A stretch of 64,000 bases of DNA from the human T2T-CHM13v2.0 reference genome, Homo sapiens (GCF_009914755.1 NC_060942.1); one strand, 5' to 3'; shown: positions 45,495 through 61,510, numbered from the stretch's first letter. Notes: generated by a model from the letters alone, not told the origin. Numbers and translations: made by a program.

Positions 45495-46548
45495 TTTAAA
45501 AGGAAGGAAGTTCTGAAACATGCTACAACATCGATGAACCCTGAAAATACTATGCTATGTGAAATAAGTCAGTTACAAAAGAGCCAATACTGTATGATTC
45601 CACTCATATGAGGTATCTGTAGTAGGAAAACTCATAGAAACAGAAAATAGATTAGAAATTACCAGGAGTGGGCTGGGTGTGGCGTCTCATGCCTGCAATC
45701 CCAGCACCTTGGGAGGCTGAGGTGGGTGGATCACTTGAGGTCAGGAGTTCAAGACCAGCCTGGTCAACATGGCAAAACCCTGTCTCTACAAAAAATACAA
45801 AAATTAGCCAGGTGTGGTGGTGGGCGCCTGTAGTCCCAGCTACTCAGGAGGCCGAGGCAGGAGAATCGCTTGAACTCAGAAAGCGGAGGTTGCAGTCAGC
45901 CGAGATCATGCCACTGCACTCCAGCCTGGGTGACAGAGCAAGACTCTGTATCAAAAAAAAAAAAAAAAAAAAATTACCTGGGGTGGCCAAGCCCAGTGGC
46001 TGACTCCTATAATCCCAGCACTTTGAGAGGCCGAGGCCAGTGGATTGCTTGAGCCCAGGAGTTTGACACCAGCCTGGGCAACATGGCAAGACTCTGTCTC
46101 TACAAAAGAAATGCAAACAATTAGCTGAGCATGGTGGTGAGCGCCTGTAGTCCCAGCTACCCAGGAGGCTGAAGTGGGAAGATCACCTGAGCCCAGGAAG
46201 TCAAGGCTGCAATGAGCTGTGTGCCACTGCACTCCAGCATGGGCAGCAGAGTGGAACCCTGTCTCAAAAAAAGAAGAAGAAGAATAGGAAGAGGAGAAAG
46301 AAGGAGGAGGAGGAGGAAGAGGAGGAGAAGGAGGAGAAGGAGAAGGAGGAGAAGTTGTTATCAGGGGCTGAGGAAGGAGAAAATGAGGGGTTGTTGCTTA
46401 AAGAATATAAGTTGGGGGTGATAAAAACATTTTGGAACTAGATGGTGGTGATAGTGGCACAACTCTGTGAATATAATTAATGCCACTAAATTGCATGCTT
46501 CAAAATGGCTAAAATGACAAAAATAAATATTTACCACAAAAAAAAAAG
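45495..46548 (+). mobile_element. L1MB-like 3' end carrying tandem AluS (45670-45973) and AluJ (45984-46270, GA-rich tail to 46352)
   Basis: aaggaagttctgaaacatgctacaac...tatgattccactcatatgagg; two consecutive Alu dimers. Confidence 0.85.
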
Positions 46549-48273
46549 AATGTGAAAGAGTAGAGGGAAAGCGAGGCCATTTCTAGATGATCCCTGTTTT
46601 TCGACACTAAAAACCTAATTAGAGATCCACTGGTTCCTGCCTACATAGCCTGCAGCATCTTTTTCTTACATTGAAAGGTAAGACTCAGGTCCTACGTTCT
46701 CATTCTGAGCAAGAATATCAGAAGGGAAGCCACTCTCAGAAATCCATCAGCAGGGAGGGCGTGCCAGCAGCTCCACTGAGCTGCCACCTTCTCTTTAGTG
46801 TATTTGCTACTTGTAGGAAAAGAAAAGCCCTGTGCGTTTCAACTATGACTTTAAGTGTTCTTTTTACTAGGCAGTAGTCCATTAAATTAGATTCAATTAA
46901 AGTTGATTTGATTGATGAACTAAGGTCTCATAGTCTCTCCAAAGATAACATAGGTTTGTGTCATCGATCCAAAAACCTCTCACATTTTGGCAACCATGCA
47001 GCAAAATGATTTATTTCCTCAGTAAAACCAGGCAATACTATTGATCTACAGAAACATCACTTTAGTCATTCCTACGTAGTAGAGGTTCTTAACTGTTATT
47101 AAATCAGCTGTTCACTGGCTGACACATCACAAATTGAAACTACGCACACAAATCACACGATTGAACTTGAAAAGCCAAATCTGTTTTTATTACACCGTGG
47201 AAAGTAGAAATGGGATTTCACTCTGCCGAGGTTATCACATGGAAATAGAAATGCAAAACACTCCTCCTTTTAAAAATAATAAATAGCATAAATCATGTGG
47301 ACAGCTGACTGCTACATGGTAACATTCCTGTGAGTTTTGCACTAATAAGAAGCTGAATTAGATTAATACCTGTGCATTCTCCTAAACAGTTCAAGGAAAT
47401 TAATTTAGCTCTCCACCTGTCTGAACAAAATGCTTTTGAAATATTAACTATCCGATTCTTATCACTAAAAAACATTTCCTTTACACCTATATGCACATAT
47501 GACTTTGCTAAGCACTTCCTAAGCAATTCAGACTGATGGATTATATAATCTAAAAATGCAGTTTTCCTATTAAAAAGACAACCTGGAACTTGTTTATTTA
47601 AGTGCGAAACAGCACTGACTTTTTTTTAAGTTGGATTATTTCTGGTTATAAAAATGTGGGGAGGTCTTATTTCATACAAAAGATGTGTCTTGCCAGACCT
47701 TGTGTAATTCGAACTTGCATAATTCAAGAATGATTTTCTCAAGGGAATAAATATAAAATAAGACAGATGTATTCTCAGAGCACATTTACAAGTTATAACA
47801 TATTTTTTGCTTTTAAAGCTGTTTTTCCTGTTCCCAGCATTACATCTAATATTTCATGGAGTGCTGTCTCCCATATTAACTGCACCATGTTTCACAGTAG
47901 TCGTTTTCCCTCCTTCTTGGCATCTTATCACATATAACTTCCCTTCAAATGCTATTGATTTGGGGGAACATTTTTCAATGTAAATGCTTGCATCCCTATT
48001 TTGTGAACATTTGAATGACATTGTTCCGAGTTGTAAAAATATGTTACATAATAATAACCGTGAATGCTAAAACAAAAACATAATAGTAACTAAAATCACT
48101 TGCAGGAGTCCCAAAATGCAAACAATAGCATGGTTTATTGAATCTTGCAAAACTGGATTGGTTTATGTGTTTACCAGCTAAAATGATCATGTTGTAAAAG
48201 TGTAAACAAAGATTACAATATTCACTCTGCCTATCAGCTTTAAAATTACATGACTCTTGATAATTTGTTTTAA

Positions 48274-48590
<317 letters not shown>

Positions 48591-49468
48591 GATTAACATC
48601 ATTTTAATCTTTATGCAAAGTAAGCTTTTACTGGTACTTTTACATGGATGTTTTTGAGTTTACATATTCCAAACTTGCAGAAACAGATTATTTTCACTTC
48701 TAACCTAGTGTGTCCTCCTCTTGATGGATTAAAGCCAACCATCAACTGACCTCCAGATGGATCCACTTTCACTTTTACTTTCCATTTATGTAGAATATGT
48801 GGTAGGATCTGGATGGGCGTCTGTAGCAGGTACAGTTAGTTGTATCTGCTTCTACTCTAACCTCCATCTTCTTCCTTCTGAACAAAACCTTAACTTTTGT
48901 TCAGTTATGCACCCCTCTGCATGGCTTAGAGGAAGATGACCCCAATGTGAGCTCCAGGGTGAGACCCTGAGAAGTCTAAGGTGATCATGGGGGTCCCAGG
49001 CCCTCGCCAGCTTAAGACTGGGTAGGCATATGGTGCACTTCTGTCTGTTGATATAAAATGTGAAATCTGCTTGGGGACAGGAGTGGGGAAGGCGTATGGG
49101 AAATGCTTCTTCACTTCTTAGAAAGAGACAGTGGAAGTTTGGAAGAGAATGGTCCTTCTTCCTCTGGATGCGGTTATGTCCAAATATGATGCCTAGAATT
49201 ATAACCCATCTTGACGCCAACCTGAGAATGAGACCAACACTCAGAAGAGAGCAGAGGCAAAAGCATCACAGAGATGTGGATCCTGAGGCCCACCCTACCT
49301 CTAGACTCCTCTTAGTGTGAGATCATTGGTTCATTATTAAGTCAATTTAAGTTTTCTCTTCTTTCATCCTCCAATCTAGCAGACACAGTGCCTCTTTCTG
49401 TCTTCATTAGCTGACACTCCTGGAAATCAATGTGTGTCCCCTCAGTTTCCCACTGGGGAGCTACGTAG

Positions 49469-50452
49469 TGTTGGGGTACAAAAAATGAAAGTATGGCTCT
49501 TGGGTATGCTGAGTGCTTTTGAAAATTGAAAGGCCTCAGAACCAAGGCCCTTTTAACCTTGCCTTGTTCCTTTCTCTGCCAAGCACAGGGAGCAACTCTC
49601 TACAGAATTTCTTTATCTGACCAAGAAAGCTTCTTACCAAAGGCACAAATGCCTTCTATCCTGCCTGATATGGTTTGGATGTCTGTCCCCTCCAAATCTC
49701 ATTCTGAAACTTGATCACTAATGTTGGAGGTGGGGCCTAGTGGGAAGTGTTTGGATCTGGGGGTGGATCCTTCATGAATGGCTTGGTGCCATCCTCACAA
49801 TAAGTGAATTCTTACTCTTAGTTCCCATGAGAATTCTGTGACACCTCCTGCCTCTCTTTCTCTTGCTTCCTTCTTCCCACCATGTGATGCCGGCTCCCCT
49901 TCCCCTCTGCCATGAGAGGAAGCTTCCTGAGGCCCTCGCCAGGAGCAGACCCTGGCACCATGCTTTTTCTACAGCCTGCAAAACGATGAGCTAAATATAC
50001 CTGTTTTCTTTATAAATTACCCAGCCTCAAGTATTTCTTTATAGCAACACAGACTAAGATATATCCCCTCCCTGAAATCTCATTTAAAAAGAAGACTGAA
50101 AAATGCAACCACACCTGAATAGACTTTTTCACAAGATAATGCCTGCCTCTCAACTTCATTCAAATTCCAAAAAGAATCATTTACAAGTTCATTTCTGTGA
50201 TCCTGGTCCAGTCATTCTCCTGAACAATGAGGTACTGGCCCTCGAAAGAATTGTCTTCATCTCACATCTCTTCCCTCCCCTAAGGAAAAGGGTATATAAG
50301 CTTCTGTGTACCCCACTAGGGAGATTTCCTCCCCATGCCTCCCACATTAATAAGTGTGTATGGATTTTTTTCCCTATCAATCTACCTTTTGTCAGTTGAT
50401 TTTCAATGACTCTTCAGAGAGCAAGGGGGAAGTTTTCCCTTTGCCCCCCACA
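49469..50452 (+). mobile_element. ERV1 (MER34/MER39-like) solo LTR with a nested MST LTR (49666-50061)
   Basis: tgttggggt...gcccccaca with 4-bp TSD gtag; internal tgatatggtttggatgtctgtcccc MST LTR. Confidence 0.8.
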
Positions 50453-50999
50453 GTAGACACAAAGCTTAGAGTATGGACCATCTCAGGACCTCAGTGATAA
50501 ACTGCAGCATATCACCTCTTGGAAACAAAACCAAGACATGATATATTAAAAACATCTGTTAGGATAAGAGCACTTAAAAAAAGAAAAACAAACTCTGAAC
50601 TAAAATACGCATATGAGGAAGGAAACAGCAGATTCACTCAAGCACAAAATAAAAACTATCCAGAGCAAACATGAGAAATTCAGAAAATCCAGCAGAAGAG
50701 AAATCTGACAAAGCTGTTCATCTTCCGTTCTTTTCTCCAGTCCACTTTATTGTGAGTAAACTTTCAGAAAAAGTGATTCCAACTCACTGTACCAGCCTAC
50801 TGTAATCTTGACCCTTGTCCTCAACCTTGGAAAATTCCTTGACCCTTATGGCAAGAGGAGTCTTTCAGTTGATTAATTAATTGGAATGGAAACCATGAAT
50901 ATAGGCAACTTTTGAGAAGTTTAGGTGTAAACAATTGCAGAAAAATAGGGTAAGTGTTGGTTAGAGGTTAAGTGGACTATTTAAGATCATCAACGTTTT

Positions 51000-51152
51000 A
51001 TTTATTTATAATATTTTTAAATAGGGATGGCGCGGGGTGGGGGTGGTTCTCACTATGTTGCTCAGGCTGGTCTTGAACTCCTGGCCTCAAGGGATCCTCT
51101 GCCACAGCCACTAAAAGTGCTGGGAATACAGATGTAAGCCACTGTGCCCAGC
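51000..51152 (-). mobile_element. FLAM-like Alu monomer
   Basis: ctcactatgttgctcaggctggtcttgaactcctggcctcaag. Confidence 0.8.
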
Positions 51153-51349
51153 TGAGAACATCAACATTTTAAACATATTCTCTACTTGTAGAGAATATTC
51201 AGACTTTTTCTTTTTATCAAAAATTATAAATTTGATTTTAAACTTTAAGTTATTTATTATATACAGGTTAATACTCTAACACTGTACTCTCGAAAAGCTT
51301 ATAATTTTCAAGCCCAGAGGATCCACCGGTAACAAAATAACATCCCTCC

Positions 51350-52200
51350 CTGGTGAGACTTACATTCTAAAGATTTGGCAGGATACAAAGAAAAGAGGTG
51401 AAGAGAAACAAATATGAAACAAATGTATAAAAATCAGGTGGTGGGAAAAAATAAGAATAAAGCATGTAATGTCAGATGTCAAAGTGGCGAGTAGAGACCT
51501 TAGGAAAATGAAGGAATTTGCGGACACAACTATATGGGAGGAAGCTATTACAGATACAGGAGCATCAGACGCAAAGGCCTTGAGAAGATGTTTGCTTAGA
51601 ATATTGAAGGGACAGCAAGAAGTCCAGGAGGGCATGAGCAGTGTGTGACAGCTGAAGAGAGTGGTCATAAGTGATATGAGAGAGAGTGGAGGCGGGGAAA
51701 GATTGTGCATGGTGTTGTGAGTTATTACAAGGATTTTGAGTTTTAACCTGAATAAAGAAAACCCTGGAAGATTTTGAGCAGATGAGAGTCATAATTAGAC
51801 CTAAAATGTTAGAAGCATCATTCTCGTTTCTGTGTTGAAAATAGATCATGATGCAATAAGTCAAAAAGAGGGATGTCAGTTCAGACATGATTACAAAAAC
51901 TCAAGGCAGAGACCATGGCAGCTTGGACCAGGGTGATAGTGGTGGAGATGGTGACGGATGGTCAAGTTATGGAGTTATGGGTATACTTTGCAGGAAATTC
52001 CAACAGGCTTTGCTGATGATTACACGTAGAGTGGGGCAGGAAGAAGAGAATAAAGTTTTTTGCCTGATAACTGAAAGAATGGTTTACGCTTTTGGAGATG
52101 AGGACACCTGTTGGACAAGCAGGTTAGAGACGGGGTGGAAGGGTGATTATCAGAAGTCCAGTTTTGGAAACATTGGTTTTGAAATATCTAATAGATTTCT
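51350..52200. mobile_element. L2 relic
   Basis: gaagattttgagcag; ggcagcttggaccagggtgatagtggtggagatgg. Confidence 0.65.
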
Positions 52201-52496
52201 GTCTTAGCTAGCGAATGCTGAGTCACAAACCACCTCAAAACTCACATATAAGACACAAAAAGCACAATGCATAAAAGAAAAAACAAGTGTTTTTAAGAAA
52301 TCAAAATGGTAAGCCACAGAATAGAGGAAAAAATTCGTAACACGTGTATCTAACAACTTGTATCTAGAATCTATAAAGAGCTCTAATAATTGAAGAATAT
52401 GAAGATAATTTTAAACGGAGCAAAAGATTTCAACAGTCACAAAAAGAGGATAAACAAATGGCCAATAGGCACATGAAAAGGTATTCAACATTACTA

Positions 52497-52853
<357 letters not shown>

Positions 52854-52988
52854 CTACCCATGAGAATGGTTAAAATTTAAAAGACTGACAATGCCAAGTA
52901 TTTGAGATCACCAATGTATATCCTGTCAAAACTCACTGAACCTTTTAAATGTATGCAATTTATACTACGCAAATTAAATCTAAAATTA

Positions 52989-53225
<237 letters not shown>

Positions 53226-53295
53226 TCAGCTGCTTAGGGCTTGGCTCAACTAATCTCAGCTGGATTTGTGATCCACTCTAATAGGGCTTGACTGA

Positions 53296-53510
<215 letters not shown>

Positions 53511-53639
53511 TTCTCATTCTCCTCTCAGGGCCAGAGGGTTAGCTGAGCCTTGTGCTTCTCATGGTAGTAGCAGAAGCGCAAGAGACAATAAGTGGAAATA
53601 CACAAGCACTCTTGAGGACTAGGCGTAGTATGTGCACAC

Positions 53640-54175
53640 TGATGGGGTTCAGAACATCTTACCCCAAAATATGGCACATTGGCATTTGAGAAAACAGCAG
53701 AAGCAGGAAGGTCACTATCATTCCTCCCTCACCCTTCTCCCTTGAAGCAGGTCATAAAACCTAGGAAGGTCACTCTCTGACCTTCTCCTACCCTTCTCTT
53801 CTGAAACAGATCATAAGACCCTCATTCAAGAAGTACCCTTCATATACCCAGAGAAAAGGAAACATCCTTATCTCTGAAGACACAGGGACACAGAGAAAAA
53901 TCAGAATACACAAGCCTCGCTAAGTTCCTCCCAGTTTAGTACCAGCAGATCACAGCTTTTTGTCCTCCAATCATATTTCTCCATGACTGTCCACTCTTCC
54001 TACACCTAAGCATAAAAATACACAGGTTTAACTATTTCTTCAGGAGGCTCCCATGCCACACAAAACTTATATTAAATACGTGTTTTTGCTTTTGTCTTTT
54101 TAATCTGTCTTTTGTTATAGGGGCCTCACCCATGAATATAGTGATAGGTGAGGAAAAGATATTTCTTTCCCTACA
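53640..54175 (+). mobile_element. ERV1 solo LTR (MER39/MER34-like)
   Basis: tgatggggttcagaac...ccccaaaatatggcac...ttccctaca. Confidence 0.75.
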
Positions 54176-54417
54176 GTACATTGAATTTGGCCTCATCCTG
54201 TCAAGCAAGTGACATGACTAAGCCCAGATTCCACAGGGGTGGCAGGAAGAGTAGATCCTGCCTCTCAGTGAGAGGGAATGCAGAGTCACACAGCAAAGGC
54301 TGTAGACATCATACAATCAACCTCAACATCCAAATGGGTATATCACACATCCTGGAAATATGTGTCTAGGCTGAAAATATAATGTCATGGTTGTCAGAAT
54401 GGGAAGGTATCTGAGGC

Positions 54418-54910
54418 TATAGGGACCAAAGGGAAACCTCTCCTTCACGCTCTGAAGGTTCACTGAAAAATCAACTCACAAAAGACTGGTTAATTGGAGA
54501 AAAGGCAAACAAATTTATTTAATGTATATACATGGGGAGAACCACCGAGAGACTGCCCACCCCTCAAGAGCATTCAGAAGCTTACACACCTTCCTGGTGG
54601 AGCAGGTTATGGGAGGGGAGGGAAGAGCGATTCTGTTGAGGGGATTACTAGGGAGAATGAGTGGCTCAGGGAACAGAGATGAACTTGTACATTTCCTTGG
54701 AAAAGGTTCTGTTCAGGTGTGATTACACTCTTGGACTTACAGAGAGGGGAAGAAGAAACAATTGTTCCTTTTGGCATGTCTAGATCTTAGGCAGATAAAG
54801 GTTTGAGGAGAGATGTCAGGAGTAGGGAGATGCCAGAGAGACCTCGAGGCTTCTTCAGTTCAGCGTTTAAAAGCACCACATTTGGGGGTATCTGCTTCTG
54901 ACTCCTAACA
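54418..54910 (-). mobile_element. ERV1 solo LTR (MER4-group-like)
   Basis: Ends ...ctcctaaca; 4-bp TSD aggc (54414-54417 and 54911-54914). Confidence 0.75.
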
Positions 54911-57900
54911 AGGCCATGTGACTAAAACAATCACCTAGAGAATGAACGATGACAGAGATGAGAAGAGAGTCAAGGTTGGGGAGATGACAGGAGCCAATGG
55001 TGGACACTGAAGTGGGGTGCAACTGCTGATAAACTCAAGAGAGAACACAGGTAAGAAACTGTTTTCAAAAAGGAGGAGGCATGATCAACTGTGGTGATTA
55101 TTACTCCATGAAATAAATAAAACTGCAATCGCTGCCTGATTCTTCTTGAGTAGTCACTTCATTATGGATATATCAGTGTGTTCAACTAGGATGCAGTTCG
55201 AATCTAAAAAAGAAACTCTGCCCTGCCATACATGCCCAGCCAGGTAGATGAACCAGGTGAGATTAGCTGAGCCCAGCCAGAACTATATCTTTTGCTATAT
55301 TTATTCCTTTATAGATGCTTGGGTCATTTCCAACATTAGTGAGATCTATAGTCTAATTATTTATGTAACAATATTTATTGGGGGCCTACTTTTGTCATAC
55401 ACTGTTCTAAGCAATGAGGCTTAGAAAAGAAAATAAGAGCTGTCATAGAGTTTGTTTCAGTGGAGGGAACAAACAAGAAACATAAACAAGTACACATATA
55501 AATAAGCAAGTAATTTCAGAGAGTGGTGAGTGCTGGGATGAGGATAAAAGAACACTGATGACTAGAGGGTGACTGGGGGAAGTAATTTTGATCATACGGT
55601 CAGGGAAGTCTTCTCCAAGGAGATGATAGTTGGCTCAGATCTAAGTTATTGAATTAGACAAATCCTTAGAGAGTTTTATTACAGTTTTTCGACCCTCCGC
55701 CAATGCTAGACTGATACTCAGAAAGAATTCCAGCATCATCTCCTCTTATCTCCCACTCTGCTGAGAGATGTCAATAAAATGGGACAGTAGGCATACCAAG
55801 AGAGGTATATGAGATGCCTCCTGGACCATGGGACCTCAAATCTGGGCTTCTCCTGCCAAAGAAGAATCCTTTTCAAGAAATGTACCTAGTCAAAGCTATT
55901 CAAAAAACAGAAAGGTCTTCTTTGGCTCAGCAAGTGTGGTTTTTTTCTGTGGCAGGAAGAAAAGAAGGTATTACACTCTGCAGAAGGAAAAATCGTGATT
56001 GACTCAGAGGCCCCTTGACTGGTCATGACCTTCCCACTTTCTGCTATCAGAGAAATGAAATGAGGTACCAAGTGATATATGTCTTACCTCTCCCTGAGAC
56101 CCATTAGCAAACTCAGATGGTAGGAATAGTTATTGGAATGAAGACACTAGCTCAAAGGGACAAAAGAACTTACCCAATGTCACTCGGTTAATAAGTGACA
56201 ACACGAGAATATGAACCAAGGAGGACTGGTTGTTTCCAGAGCCCCGTGTTCTTTCAACTAAATGTCTCTGCCAGGCTGCCACACTGGACATCAGAAAATA
56301 AAAACCATTCAAAGATACAGGGCAGAACCAATTCATCTGTGGAATTCTTCTAAGAGGAAAAAAAAAAGAGAGTGAGAGTAAGATTAATAATGCCATGTTG
56401 CATTTTCAACGATGGGCAGTGAGAACAGCACACAACAATTTATAGAAAAAGAAGGTATGTGTATTCCCTGGGGCTGGAAAGTTGTTAGACATTAATAGCA
56501 AGAAAATTGTTAAGAAGTTGACAAGAGGCAAAGGAAATGTCCTTCCTTTCTCCCTGCAAAAACCTTGTTGAAGGAGATGTGGGAGAGAACACAGGATGGA
56601 AAATCAAAGCAGATTTGGGATAGAAAAAAAAAAAAAGAAAAAAAAAACTCACAGGAGGGAAATATGAGAAAACTTGAAAGAAAGCAATATGAAATAAAAC
56701 AATTTTGGAGTAAAAAGGAAAATAAGCATAGCTGTTGTAAGAAAAGCAGGATAGTTAATTAACAAGGGGGATAAAAATGTCCTACAGATAATATTTATCA
56801 TCCTTCCCAGTTTTCCTGTGGCTTTACTTGTGCCCATCTGTCGGCCTGATCTTTTCCAAGTGTCTGTTGCCACATATACAGGCCATTAATTTCTTAAAAA
56901 TATTACTGAAATTAGATTGCTTCTGGCCTTCTTATTGTTTTAACTTTTTTAAAAAATTGTGTTTGTTTGCCTGTTTGTTTTTGCATTTGGCAAACAGGGA
57001 AACATAGCCTTTCCAACCCATAGCATAAGAAAATATGGGAGGGAAACTTCTCTATTGAGAAGCATATTCCTCTACATTTTCAAACCCAGTTTGCCAAATG
57101 TACTTGTACACACATTCTTCTTCCCCTGGGGTGAGAAATCTAAACCTGAAACATTCTGACAAGAACAAAGAAAGCAATTGCAAGACTCTATTTATTTGCC
57201 TTAGGAAAGAACTTAGCAAAATGGATGATGCTTATTATGAATACGTCCAAGTTAGATTTTAAAAATTATCCATTAGACTCCCTTAGGAAATAAGCAGTTG
57301 ACACATTCAGATTATACCCATGTTTATTTCAAAAACAGGGACGAAGAGCCTTCTTGTCGTCAGTCACGGGCTGATAGGAGTCTACTTTTAGCTAGGAACG
57401 GCCAACGGAAGATAATTGTGCCATTTTAAATGCCACATAATGTTCTTAATCAGCAACCAAGTGTAGAAGGGAGTCTGTAAAGGGCCTGAGGTCCTGATTC
57501 AATTTCTTCAGCTTCCCAAGCCCGCTCCCAAAGAGCAGGCAGGCCACCCAAATCCTGCAGCTTGTGAAACCGGCTCTGGCCCCAGAAGGGATTTATGAGC
57601 GCTTCACTTCAAGGAATACCACCCAGGCTGGCTGGCTGCAAATGCGGGCTGCCTATTAGTTCTCCTTCATTTCCCAGGAAGTGTGAGTGAGAGAGCTCCC
57701 CACCTCCCGATAGGCGACAATCCCAGCCTCTTGACATCTCTCGCGCTGAGCAAACTTTTCACTGGAGGATCCCAGCTGTTCGCCACCTCCCCGCTTGCTT
57801 GCCGGCAGTCTGGTGTACAAGGCAGAAGGGGCGAGACACACAGAGAAGAACCAAGGGGCTTTTGGAGGCTTGCTTTTGCCTGAAAACAAATACTTGAGGG

Positions 57901-58349
57901 AGAAAAATATGTTTTAAAGGCTAAAAGATGGGAAATTAAGCAATTCACTTCCGCAAAACCATTTAGAACGTGGGTGGTGGGGTGGTGGAATAGGGTGGCA
58001 TTGGGAAGAAACTAGCCTTCTTCTAAGTCAGCCCCTCTGCTGCACCCTCTTGGTGCCAATGTGGCCCTGACGACAGAAGCTCCCTTACCTGGATCCTTTC
58101 CATGTTGCTCTAGAGACTGTCTTTTCCTGCTTCAAAGTCTGTGCGCTCTTGGCGGCCACCCACTAAGATCCTATTTCCTGTCTGAAGGACGCCTTGGCTC
58201 TCTGCAGGGCAGAGATAACTGATGTGCCAATGAGTGACGAGCTCAGGCATGCAGCCACTTCCCCTCTCTGGAAGGCTCTCTAGTGACTCACTGCTCTGGC
58301 ATTCCCAAAGGAAGTGGGAAGATTTTCATCAGATTATTAATTTGCATTA

Positions 58350-58497
58350 ATTTTTTTTTTTTTTTTTTTTTTTTTGTAGAGATGGAGGTCTTGCTGTGTG
58401 GCTCAGGCTGGTCTCGAACTCCCAGGCTCAAGCAATCCTCCCACCTCAGCCTCCTAAAGTGCTGGGACTACAGATATAAACCACCATGCCTGCCCTA
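58350..58497 (-). mobile_element. FLAM-like Alu monomer with long polyT
   Basis: Direct recognition. Confidence 0.85.
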
Positions 58498-58611
58498 AAT
58501 TGCACTCTTAAGATTTACACATGAGAACTATATAACTAAGGGTAGATGGTTTTAAATAGTAGGACAATTTAACACCCCCCACAAAAAACCCTTTAAGGGA
58601 TGCAAGGAGCA

Positions 58612-59122
58612 TGTAAGAGAACAGAATATGCTACCCCATAATATGCCTCTTTGGCATAAGAATTATTTAGAGCTGATTATTTCGAGAAAATGCAGACATA
58701 GGAGAAACTCTGAAAACAGAGTAGAAATTACACAAAGAAAATTTACATCTATGAAGGAAATCTCCATTTCGTGTCTCCTTTCTGTACCAGTCTAAATCGC
58801 TAGAGATGTAACAGCGGAGACAGCACTGACAAATCTCAATAAACCTTACCCTGGTTTGCCGTGCTTTTCCTGGTTACCTCCCCATAACCTGCCTTTCCCA
58901 CACCCTTCTTTGTTTCAGTTAAAGATGGTATTTATGCCTGAACTCAAAGCCATCTCTTTGGGATTTACTCATTTTTCCCTGGGTAACTCTCATGTATATA
59001 TGAGGCAGACATGTTAATAAACTTCTATTTTTTTTTCTCTTGTTAAACCATCTTTTGTTACAGTGGGTCCTGGCTAAGAACTCAGACTGGGTAGAAAGAA
59101 AATTATCTTTTTCTCCCCTACA
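58612..59122 (+). mobile_element. ERV1 solo LTR (MER34-like)
   Basis: tgtaagagaacagaatatgctacccc...ctcccctaca. Confidence 0.7.
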
Positions 59123-60903
59123 CTTGCCTGGATGTCTACAGCCAGCCAATGCCTAATGTGGAATTGTAATGCACCCAGACCATTTCATGTTATTAAAGGA
59201 TCTAAAATTTATATGCAAAAGTGATGGTCTCAGCAGTCAGCTCTTTTGCAGCCTCATTCAGTCTCAGCCTCCTTTTCCTCTGAGGCTGTGAAAGGCCAGC
59301 GCTCCAGCCTGGAAATGTAATGTCAGCTCATGATCTATCCTAGCAAGTATCACTGTGCTTTCAGAGCACACCAATGGGAGCAATTACCTGCATTTTCAAG
59401 AAACCGTGTTTGTCTGAAAAATCTCCACATTTATTTTCCCAGCTAAAAACAATGAAAATAAATCCTGAGTGGAGAAGTGACCACTGTCTTTCATTCTGCA
59501 CCTGCCAACTTTGCTTTGCTACATACATCACTCAAGCCTGACCATTACAAGCACTTTCCCAGTTTTGTAGAAAGCACAGTTGTTTACTGGTCATAATTTT
59601 AACAGGGGGAAAACTAGACTCTGGGTATGAGACATAGAAACAACCAATCACTGATCTGGTTATTCCTCGACTCCAAGACTAGGCTATATTTAAAACTTAC
59701 TCCATAAATTGCTCATACACAGTGTTTGTAGTACTCAGCCCTCACTAAAATGTTAGCAATCTACATGGTTACAGCTAGCCCTCCCTCACCCCAGTACTGA
59801 AGTTTCCTTCCTGAATAGTTTCATTATTTATTAATAATGAAGTAAGCTGAGTAAGATCTCCCTAGGTCTAATTTAAATAAAGCAGAATGTAAATGAGCTA
59901 TTTCCTTGGATTTTATGCTATGCTGATTAAGTAACCATGTACAAACCTTCAGGTATACAGTTAAAAATAAGAAGGAATACACATTCCCAGAAAAGACTCA
60001 AGCTTGTCCTAGACAATAGCCTCAAAAGATTAAGAGCACACAGCAAATCCCAGGATTCACTTGTCTTCAGTAATTCAGTTCAGTAAACTTTTTTCAATCA
60101 TCTACCATGTACAGGTGACTGGGCTTGTCATTTCGGAGGCATAAAGATGAATAAGACATGGTACCTGCACCAGAAGAACTTATCCATTTCTCATCCATTA
60201 AGGTATGGACACCTTATTAGTACCAAATTTTATTTTTCATCCCCAACAAGACTTGCATTGGACAGGATCAAACCATGTCCTCATTCTGTGGCATGAATTG
60301 AATCCCATAATCAAAATGCCAATGCTGAAATAAAGGAGGAGGGAAATATTAACAATTTTTTCCTAAGAAATTAATTTGTGTTGATTGGAATCTATTTTCC
60401 CAGGGCACATTTTTTTCCCAAAAAATTCTTGGATGTATTCTCAAATATTTGTCTTCATTGTAACTTTGCTTCTGGTTTGCTGTAAGACCTATTCTTCTCT
60501 ATGTTTTATTACATGAAAGGAAAGGAATCTAGCTGCCTTCTCCTCTGCAAAACACAAAACTAGGGAGACAAGGCTGTTAAAAGAATGAATTCCATCATGT
60601 CTTGTGCAATTTGGAGAATTTCTCTTTAGCTGAAATTTTGAACACAGACAAAATGCTGAATATGTAATGCCCAGAGACAACTAATTCTAATAAGCCCTAA
60701 GAAGAGGCAGTGTTTAAATGGAAATTAGCAGTATGAGATTAAAAAGGAGCATGAGGTAGGCATGTCAGGAAGGCTGAAGCCATAATGAGCAGTAACCTTT
60801 TCTCAAACACTCTTAAATCTGTTGCCCAGCCTAGCCAACTAGTCATCCAAATGCATCATCATTTGAGAAAATGTTCTAACCTGAGTCTAGATTTGCTTGG
60901 ATA

Positions 60904-61510
60904 TGAAGAGTACTAAATATGTCGCCCCCCCACCCCAAAAAAAATATGCCACTTTGGCATGAGGATTATTTTGAGCTAAAGGCAATTGAGAACCAGCAGA
61001 TGGAGGAAGAGCTCAAATTTCCTCTAACTGCCTAAAACTAAAGAATAAATTTTCCCTTTTGTAAAGAAAACTTATATTTAATAAGGAAATTCTCATTTGC
61101 AAAAGTGCCTCCATAGCAGGAAGAAAGCTACTCAGGAGACAGCTCTTATCACTGAGACACTCTTATCTGCATAACAAGGCAATCCTTATTTACTATACAT
61201 TTCCTCCCCTCACCTTCCCCTAACTTGTCTTCCCCATACAGAAGCCCCAAGCCCCTTTTCCTTTGCTTAACCTAAGAGGGTGTATGAATCTCAATCATCT
61301 GGCTGCCTCCTTGAGCCACATTTTTTTTTTCTGTGATTGAGAGCCACATTTCTTTTCTCTGCTGCATACATATATAATTAGAACTGTTTTTTGTTTTTTG
61401 TTTGTTTGTTTTCTCTCTTGTTAATCTGTCTTTCGTCAGTTTGATTTATGGGCTTTAGTCATTGAACCTAGAATGAGACAGTAAAATGGATTTTTTTTCC
61501 CTCGCCTTCA
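60904..61510 (+). mobile_element. ERV1 solo LTR (MER34-like)
   Basis: aaatatgccactttggcatgaggattattttgagc, shared with the 58612 LTR; ends ...ccttca. Confidence 0.7.
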
